Part shown: one piece after another, positions 54,779-64,000 of the stretch
Position numbering within the stretch: the first letter of the stretch is position 1
Layout: every line of letters starts with the position of its first letter
Assembly: GCA_951406725.2 (NCBI GenBank)
Contig: OX597830.1
Coordinates: forward strand, 57,474,001-57,538,000
DNA: 64,000 nucleotides
Direction: 5' to 3'
Source of the DNA: Octopus vulgaris
Lineage: Eukaryota
Position numbers and translations under genes: made by a program
The notes under the pieces: generated by a model
What the model was told of the DNA's origin: nothing
Databases searched by the model: none
The model's input: the letters and a program-made list of their open reading frames with translations, nothing else

Positions 54779-54865
54779 ACAACATACACATATATAAACG
54801 TATATGTACATGCATATAGATAGACTGACAGGCAGATAGATAGATAGATAGATAGACTGACAGGC

Positions 54866-54942
<77 letters not shown>

Positions 54943-55414
54943 TAGATATGTATGTATGTCATTATTCAGTTTATTTCAAGATTTCTTGCCAATAGAGAAA
55001 GGGCCGGTTTCTAATCTAAATCCAAGGTTCCTTCATCGGAATTTCAACATCAATAACAGGGTATTTTTGTTTGTTTGTATGTATGTATTCTCATGCGTAG
55101 ATATGTGTCGTCTGTGCTCGGTTGAAAAAATATATAATTGAAAAATAAATAAGTATTTATGAAATAAATAATTAGGATAAATTATTTCTGCCTTAGTTAC
55201 AAATAATTCTTAAAACGAGTACAGAGTGAGCAATTAACAGCTTCAATGGAAACAGCAGATACGGAGAATGTTGTACACTGTATCGTTTCGTTACTCCATG
55301 ATGAGAATTCGCACACCGACGAAGCAGCATCGCACGCACGCACGCACAGACGCGCGAATGCACACACATGTATACACACATAGATATATATATATATCTG
55401 TATGTGTGCGTGTG

Positions 55415-55460
<46 letters not shown>

Positions 55461-55501
55461 TATATATGTATATATATGTGTATATATATGTGTATATATA
55501 T

Positions 55502-57565
55502 TGATTGATTGATTGATTGATTCTAGTTTCAGCTTATGAGCTGTGGCCATGCTGGGGCACCGCCATTTGGTGTTGCTACTTGGTTTCACTTCATGGAGGC
55601 TTTCTAGCAACTGCTATTTGGTGCATGAGAGAGTTCGATGCAGCTGCCCTCATCTGCCCCTCCTGCCGTGAAGTTGGTTCATCTGGGACACCTGACAGGA
55701 AGAGATCCAGCTTCATTTTAAAGACATCTGTATCCACCCCATGCAGGTCTCTCAGGTTCTTCGGGAGGATATTGAAGAGCTGTGGGCCTCGGAAGCCCAG
55801 GCTATCACAGAATCTTGTCCTACATCTTGATGGCAGGTTTGGAGTCCTAGGCACCACGCAGTGGCGCCCAGTTCTGGCATTTGCGTAACTCTCGATGCCA
55901 AAGTTCAGGACACTTCCCTCCAGGATCTTCCAGATGTATATTATGGCATATCTTTCCCGCCTACGCTCCAGGGAATATAATTTTAATTTCTTGAGTCTTT
56001 CCCAGTAGCTTACATTCTGCATAGAGGCTATCTTCTTTGTGTAGCTTCGTTGGATCGCCTCAAGTTCTGTGATCAACTTGACACTGGATGGTGACCATAG
56101 CTGAGAGCAATAGTCAAAGTGGCTTAGGACAAGTGTCTTCCAGAGGACCATCATGGTTTCTTGTTCTCTTGTTCTAAAGGTTCTAAGAATCCATCCAGCC
56201 AGCCGTCTACATTTCATTGTCAGTTTAGCAACATGTACATGAAAGGTCGCGTCATCACTCATGTGAATACCCAGGTCACGCACTGATTGTGCCTCTGGGA
56301 TTGCAATCCCTCCGGGTCCAGTGTATTCATTGGGTATTGCATTCAGTTTTGCATGCTGATAGTATAAAGCTTGAAACTTTCCAGCATTGAACTGCATGCT
56401 ATTCTTTTCAGCCCACTTGTATATTTCGTCCAGCTCACATTGCAGGTGTTTAGTGTCCTCAGGGTTCTGTATTGCCTGTGAAACTTTTGTATCATCTGCA
56501 TAACTTGTGATCGTGGCTCTCTGCGTGGATGAGGGCATATCTGAGAGGGCCATTATGAACAGTAGTGGTCCCAGAACAGTGCCCTGCGGAACACCGCTCA
56601 CTATTTGTGTGTTAATGGAGGTGGCCCCATTGGCTACTACCACCTGACTTCTATCCTTCAGAAAGTCATGAAGCCATTCTCCCAGTTTTCCAACTATGTT
56701 GAGATCACGCAGTTTGTGACATATCATTCCATGATCGACTTTATCAAAGGCCTTTGCAAAGTCGAGATATATCACTTCCACATTTGAGTGGTTGAGCAGC
56801 CGTTTCAGCACCCAGTCATAGTGTTGTAGGAGCTGAGTTAAACAGCTTCTCCTGGTCGGAAACCATGTTGGGTGTCGGGCAGCAAGTCATTCTCTTCAAG
56901 GAAGGTGATCAGCTTCCTTCTGACTATTCGTTCCATGACCTTGCTGATGTGTGAGGTCAGAGAGATAGGTCTATAGTTCTTGGCTTCCGCTCTGCTACCT
57001 CCTTTATGAATGGGGCATATTTTACCTTCCTTCAGTTTTCCTGGAAGTTTGCCAGCTGCAAGGAAGCTCTGAAAGAGGAACTGCAGTGGTCTTGCTAGGA
57101 CTCTCTTACATGCTTTTAGGAGGATTGCCGGGAATCCATCGGGGCCAGTAGCTGAGTCTGTTTTCATTTCATCTATAGCCTTGGTTACATCGTCTTCCTT
57201 TATATCGATGTAATCTATCGTCGCCGCCTCTGATTTTATATCTGCAGTGGCAAAAAAGTCAGTTGGATTGGTGATTTGGAGATGCCCAAGGGGTGGAGTG
57301 AAAACACTCTTGAATTGCTCATTCAGTATTTCACTTACCCTCATTGGTTTTCCTGTAAGTGTGCCATCCTTTTCGAGGAGTGGCCCTATTCTACAGTGCA
57401 CTGTAGCTGTTTCTTTGGCATACCTGTAGAAAGCTCTGGGGTTAGATTTTATGTTTTCTATAGCCCAGGCTTCTTTGTCTGCTCTTTCTTTTTCATGGGA
57501 GAGTTGCAGACATTTTTCGATTTCCAACAGTTTTATTTTTAGGCGGGACTTTTCACTGCTTTCAA
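55502..57565 (-). mobile_element. Young 5'-truncated CR1-type LINE with nearly intact RT, one frameshift at ~56849, and an (AATC)n tail
   Basis: [36 protein letters not shown]; the two ORFs join as [14 protein letters not shown] with one added base. Confidence 0.97.
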
Positions 57566-58203
<638 letters not shown>

Positions 58204-58204
58204 T

Positions 58205-58588
58205 TACTTGTTTCAGTCATTTGACTGCGGCCATGCTGGAGCACCGCCTTTTAGTCGAGCAAATCGACCCCGGGACTTATTCTTTGTAAACCCAGTACTT
58301 ATTCTATCGGTCTCTTTTGCCGAACCGCTAAGTGACGACGTAAACACACCAGCATCGGTTGTCAAGCAATGCTAGGGGGACAAACACAGACACACACACA
58401 CATATACATATATATACATATATACGACAGGCTTCTTTCAGTTTCCGTCTACCAAATCCACTCACAAGGCATTGGTCGGCCCGGGGCTATAGCAGAAGAC
58501 ACTTGCCCAAGATGCCACGCAGTGGGACTGAACCCGGAACCATGTGGTTGGTTAGCAAGCTACTTACCACACAGCCACTCCTGCGCCT
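58205..58588 (-). mobile_element. Full-length tRNA-derived SINE
   Basis: Head ggcgcaggagtggctgtgtggtaag..ggttcagtccc; CR1-like tail. Confidence 0.92.
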
Positions 58589-58808
58589 ATGTATATATAT
58601 ATGTATATATATATGTATATATATATGTATATGTATATATATATGTATATATATATGTATATATATATATGTATATATATATGTATATATATATGTATAT
58701 ATGTATATATATATATATATGTATATATATATGTATATATATATGTATATATATATGTATATATATATATGTATATATATATGTATATATATATGTATAT
58801 ATATATAT

Positions 58809-59262
58809 AATCAGGATGTTGGCAAAACAGGAAGTAGTCTACTTCCTGTTTTGCCAACATCCTTAATTAAACCAAACAACACATGCTCTTAATCCCATTG
58901 GATCCTAATACCTCAAGGTAATTTTTTCGTGAACAATCATTAAACTCAAGATACACAACGAACTCACAATGTATCGGAGAACTTATTTTTTAATTTTTGT
59001 ACATTTTTATTATTATTCTTTTGCAAAAAACAATGCAATTTTCTTTTTTCCCTTTTCTAATTTTTAAAAAACTTTTTAACCTAAATATTCTTGACAAGTC
59101 ACACGATGACGAAAACCGGTTTGAATAAATATATATTTATATATTTTATCAATTTCTCATTTCATTAAAATTTTCTTTCAATTGAGCATTCTGCATTTTT
59201 ACAATTTTTCTTTGCTTATCATTTCTCCACGTGCGGTCAACACAACCCCGCCATTTATTGAT
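58809..59262 (+). mobile_element. Penelope-like mini-element in (TA)n with a 5' palindrome and a degenerate hammerhead
   Basis: Palindrome with 25-bp arms at 58813-58863; tattc-TTGACAA-gtc..gac-GAAA-accggt-tt-gaata at 59086-59127. Confidence 0.55.
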
Positions 59263-59263
59263 C

Positions 59264-59296
<33 letters not shown>

Positions 59297-59622
59297 AAGG
59301 GTGGGCAGTAATTCGCTTATAACGAATGTGACGGGGTATAATCAAAAAATGTTCTCTAGCAGAAAACTCGTTATCATTATCATGAGGTCATCAATAACAG
59401 AGAAAGACATAAATCTTTGCGCATGCGTTTAAAATATGCAAACAGGAATCAAAATTTATTTATCTATCAAACATTATAAAGACAAAAGCTTCCAACCAAC
59501 CGGTTCTTTTTTTTTCATAGAATAAGACTTAGGCTTGATTATTTTGGGTTTTATTTTTGTTTCAAATTCAGGGGTGAGAATGATGTTTGACTAATACGGT
59601 GTTGTATTATATATATATATAT

Positions 59623-59920
59623 TGTTTGTTCCTTCCCGAGCCATGCCTGGCTCATTAAGGCCGGTTTCCCGGTTTCCTTGGCGTATAGGTTCCCCACCTG
59701 GACGGGATGCCGGTCCGTTGCACGTGAGCTGCAAGATGCAGGAAGAAAGGGTGAGAAATTTGTGGCGAGAGAGTCAGCGGAAGTTCGCCATTACCCTCTG
59801 CCGGAGCAGCGTGGAGCTTAGGTGTTTCGCTCATAAACACACACATTGCCCGGTCTGAGAACCCACGATCCCTCGACTGTGAATCCGCTGCTCTAACTAC
59901 TAGGCCATGTGCCTCCACCG
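59623..59920 (-). mobile_element. tRNA-derived SINE (second family)
   Basis: Head tggcctagtagttagagcagcgg with A-box; aaac tail. Confidence 0.8.
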
Positions 59921-59937
59921 TATATATATAATATTCG

Positions 59938-60258
59938 TGTCATCATGAATGACCATGGGATTGAACCTAGAAAGTTACCCTCCTAGGCACAAGTCCGGGC
60001 AAGGTTGTTTATGGAAAACCAGCAGTCGCCCTTGCATACCAGCCTCCCCTTTCTACGCCACTGATGTTATCCAAGGGATGGGCAAAAGGGGCCGATACCG
60101 CTTGGCCCCAGTGATGTCGCAACTCATTTCTACAGCTGAGTGAATTGGAGCAACGTGAAATAAAGTGTCTTGCTCAAGAACACAACACGCAGCCTGGTCC
60201 GGGAATCGAACTCACAACCTCACGATCGTAAGCTCGACGCTCTAACCACTGAGCCATG
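59938..60258 (-). mobile_element. tRNA-derived SINE (third family)
   Basis: A box tggctcagtggttagagcg, B box gagttcgattccc. Confidence 0.85.
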
Positions 60259-60666
60259 AAATATTATATTATATTATATATTAGTAGCCGAAAGACCGGT
60301 TGGTTTTCTGTTAATCGCTCAAAATTAAAAATTTTTAATTCCTGATTTGTGTAATTTTTCTAATCTTCCTTTGAATCCTTTCTCCGTCTCATAACTCTCA
60401 CCCACTCAAGAACTTTAGGACATAACTACAGAAACTGTGTTCTGCTGAATTACTTTCCTCATAACTTTCTGAAAAATTTGCTGTTTTGAAAAGAAACCTT
60501 CTACAAATACGTTTCAGGTGATGTAGATTGAGATTTTACTAGAATTTGCCGGGAAAAGCATTTGGGGGAGTGGGGGGGAGGAAATTTATGCAACTCGAGT
60601 TTGTGTCTTCATAACTTTCAGAAAAATGAGTATTTATTAATGAAATTTTCTACAAATATCTTTCCT

Positions 60667-60838
60667 AGGCGTAGGACTGGCTGTGTGGTAAGTAGCTTGC
60701 TTACGAACCACATGGTTCTGGGTTCAGTCCCACTGCGTGGGACCTTGGGCAACTGTCTTCTGCTATAGCCTCGGGCCAACCAAAGCCTTGTGAGTGGATT
60801 TTGTAGACGGAAACTGAAAGAAGCTCGTCGTATATATG

Positions 60839-60894
<56 letters not shown>

Positions 60895-61110
60895 TGTGTC
60901 TGTGTGTATGTTTGTGTGTTGTGTTTGTCCCCCCCCCCACATCGCTTGACAACCGATGCTGGTGTGTTTACGTCCCCGTAACTTAGCGGTTCGGCAAAAG
61001 AGGCCGATAGAATAAGTACTAGGCTTACAAAGAATAAGTCCTGGGGGCGATTTCCTCGACTAAAGGCGGTGCTCCAGCATGGTCACAGTCAAATTACTGA
61101 AACAAGTAAA
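60667..61110 (+). mobile_element. Full-length tRNA-derived SINE
   Basis: Same family as 58205-58588. Confidence 0.92.
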
Positions 61111-61451
61111 TTAAATGAACGATAGTGTAGGCGTGGGGTTATCTGGATGTGTCTTTTCTGTTTATATATATATGTCCTTAAAAAAGTATTTGCCCTTAAT
61201 CTGACAGCCATCCTTAGGCAGATTTATAACCCAAGCTTAATGACCTACTGCTATGGGTATGGTTATTGTTAATGTTATTGTCAATTATTTCTAGTGGCAT
61301 CTACTTAGGTTTGAGAGAAGTGCGGCCTCAAACGTTCATGGTATGCTTTGGTCCCCTGCAATATTGTGAGGCATATGAACTTATGGATGATATGCATATT
61401 GGAAAAGTTTAGATACTTGGATCTTTCAACATCTGTCATTGCATTTATTGC

Positions 61452-61543
61452 GGAACACTGATGAAGTGAAGTGCAAGATTGTATACTGTTTCTACGATTT
61501 TTATATCATTATGATGGCATTTTATCGAAACGTGTTTATGTCC
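61452..61543 (+). ncRNA. Degenerate hammerhead motif
   Basis: ggaaca-CTGATGA-a-gtgaagtgc/gcattttat-c-GAAAC-gtgttta-tgtcc. Confidence 0.55.
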
Positions 61544-61743
61544 TACAAAGAATTGAATACATCTGCTCTCTGTTAATTATTTTTGTGTGTATGTGTGTAT
61601 TCATGTATTTGTGTATGATATATAGATATGCATGTATGTGTGTGTACACACACACATATGTGTATGTATATATATTAGAAAGTTTGGAGATGATGTACAG
61701 GTATTTTATATTAGAAGAAATGAGGTACTCAGAAATTCGGATG

Positions 61744-61785
<42 letters not shown>

Positions 61786-63264
61786 TATATTTATATGCAT
61801 TATGTGTGTGTGTGCATGTGCATATATACGGAGTAATGTGGACTAATCATTTAGTCTGATATGACTATCGATTCTACCAGTTCATTGCCAATTAAATTCT
61901 GTGGCAAAGGCAGAAATTTTGTGGAATCTTATTATTTTATTAGATCAACCACAATAACTTACCCATTCTGGAAAGAAAATAGCAAAAACTGGCCCCGGCG
62001 AGATTTGAACTTAGAGCATAACTGTTTGCTTTACAGCTGTTCTTCATCTCTCAGGCTTTTAAAAGTTGCTGCTATACAGCAAGCATTTTATAATGAATTT
62101 CCTCCACGGCACACACACACACACACACGCATACGCACGCGTACACACACACACACACACCACAACTACTGATGCTCATTGTTATATAATTTCCATGTGA
62201 AACTAATGTAACTACTAAACTGTTTGTCACACTGTCCTTGCATTTGTTTGACTCTCGAAAAGTAACAGTTTTATGTTACAGATGCTAACATTAGCTCCAA
62301 GAAAGACTCACTTCGCGTATTTTTGCATTCATTGCAGTTGTGGCATTTTCACTTTCCATGCCTTTTCCTTCTATTTTTGTCTCGCTCTTTCTCTCGCATT
62401 TCTTCTGTAACTTATAAGGAAAGACACCAGTACACACACACGCATACACACAGACACACACACACACACACACACTCACATATAATGTTCACATCATAAG
62501 AATTTTATAACCTTCGAGAGAAGTATGTAAGTATGTGTGGTTGTGTCTATGTATATATATATATGTGGGAGTGGGGGCAGATATATAGCGATTAAAAGAG
62601 GAAGGAACCCCATGTAAAAACAACTGGAAGTTGCTGGAACCACGTGTGCCTTACCGGAAAGGAAGTACGCTGGGCAACCTTTACTTTGCCGAGAGGAAAA
62701 CAATTCTAAAATAATTCACACGGTCCCGGCGTCTTTCTGAACTCAAAACGCGAAATTTTTAGTCGCTGCCCTTATGATAGAAAATTTGTTTTGACAATGT
62801 AGTTTTCCCCCTTTTCAAACAAGAGGATGGAAAACATGTATGCAGTCACAGCTGACCCCCACTTCAGCCAAGACTAAACTCACAACATGGGAAACAACAT
62901 TTTTTTCCTTCCGGGAAAATGTTTTATCCCACCTCCCCGCCAATTTAAGCCTTAGATCCAACTCAGGATTGGTTCTAGTGATGTAAGTATAGAGCTAAAA
63001 GAGAACACAAATGCGGTTTAAGATTTACTACAGCTGTTTCGGTAGAATTTTATTGATGCATTCATAGATTACGTCATAACATATAACCCACCAAGTTCAT
63101 GCAAAATTTTAAACAGGTATCAAACAGGTGAGATAATATACTAATTGTAGTATTATGGCTTTCTATTAGTATATCCACGTTTGTGTTAAGAAGTTTCCTT
63201 CCAAACCACATGGTTCCGAGTTCAGTCCCACTGCATGACACCTTGGGCGATCAAAGCCTTGTGA

Positions 63265-63990
63265 AGTCTAGAAAGATCAAAGGGTGGCCCATCAGTTCTG
63301 CAACAAAGGTAGACATCGCCCGGCAACTCTTGAAATGCATACTGCAGTAATACAGCAAAGCAAATGCTGAAAAGGATTGGTACTGAGACACAACCTTGTT
63401 TTACTCCGCTGTTGATGTTGAAGCTATCTGATATTAAACTGTCAAACTGAATGGTGGCCTTCATGTCATCATGGAACGAAACAATGAGCTGCAGTAGTAT
63501 TGAGCGCGACAAGGTCACCAATGTTGAAGTGCTGGCGCAGGCGAATCTTCAAAGCATGACAACTATCTTGTGTATGAGAAGACTGAGGTGGGTGTCAGGA
63601 GAATGAATGACCATTGAATCCCGAAGCAACTGCTCTATGGAGAACTGGCCCAGGGCAAGAGACCACGAGGAAGACCAAAACTGAGGTATATGGACACTTG
63701 CAAAACTAGTTTGTCCAAGTGTGAGGTGGATGTCAGCAGCTGGGAGGAGAGAGCTGAGGAGAGAACAACATGGAGAACTGTGGTGAAGGAAGGAACTGCT
63801 TTGCTGGAGAGCAGCTACAGAAACAAACAAGTTGAGAAGCGTCAGCGGCGAAAGGAAAACAAGAGAAATGCAGAGCGCCGAGCGATCGTCTTGGTATGCA
63901 AGTACTGTGACAGAAGGTGCGGCGCTTCAATCATAAGAAGAATCTACGATGAAAGAAGCTGCAAGAAAGGGAGCCCTTGATATGTTCGAT
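63265..63990. mobile_element. RTE LINE with an inverted 5' segment, next to a SINE head (63180-63265)
   Basis: Minus 63265-63505 SFHDDM..SGVKQGCV..RTDG; plus 63505-63980 DKVTNVEVL..PKQLLYGEL..RPKLRYMDTCK. Confidence 0.85.
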
Positions 63991-64000
63991 TAAGTGACCT

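Noticed and set aside
60190-60258. tRNA gene
   Set aside because: A and B boxes are present but continue into a SINE body, and no acceptor stem is evident

Overview
Repeat-dominated animal genomic DNA, most likely an octopod cephalopod. This is inferred from the tRNA-derived SINE families and the dense AT/AC/TAA microsatellites, not from a database match. The only confidently recognised host coding sequence is the first coding exon of a flavin-containing monooxygenase (53039-53235, +); two weaker candidate exons lie at about 1.6 kb and 24.8 kb. The rest is a mosaic of decayed LINEs (CR1-type, RTE, Tx1/L1, R4/Dong and Hero-type with REL endonuclease), Penelope-like remnants, a Merlin/IS1595 transposase relic with related MITEs, mariner, hAT MITEs, Helitrons, a solo LTR, SINEs and satellites. 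The main signal missed by the ORF track is structured RNA. About ten type-I hammerhead ribozyme motifs with palindromic stem III occur across the window, several in inverted pairs or in small fold-back elements sitting in (TA)n tracts. An RTE-tailed non-autonomous retroelement also carries a tandemly amplified ~61-nt pseudoknot-like module. All structures were read by eye; none was computed or searched.
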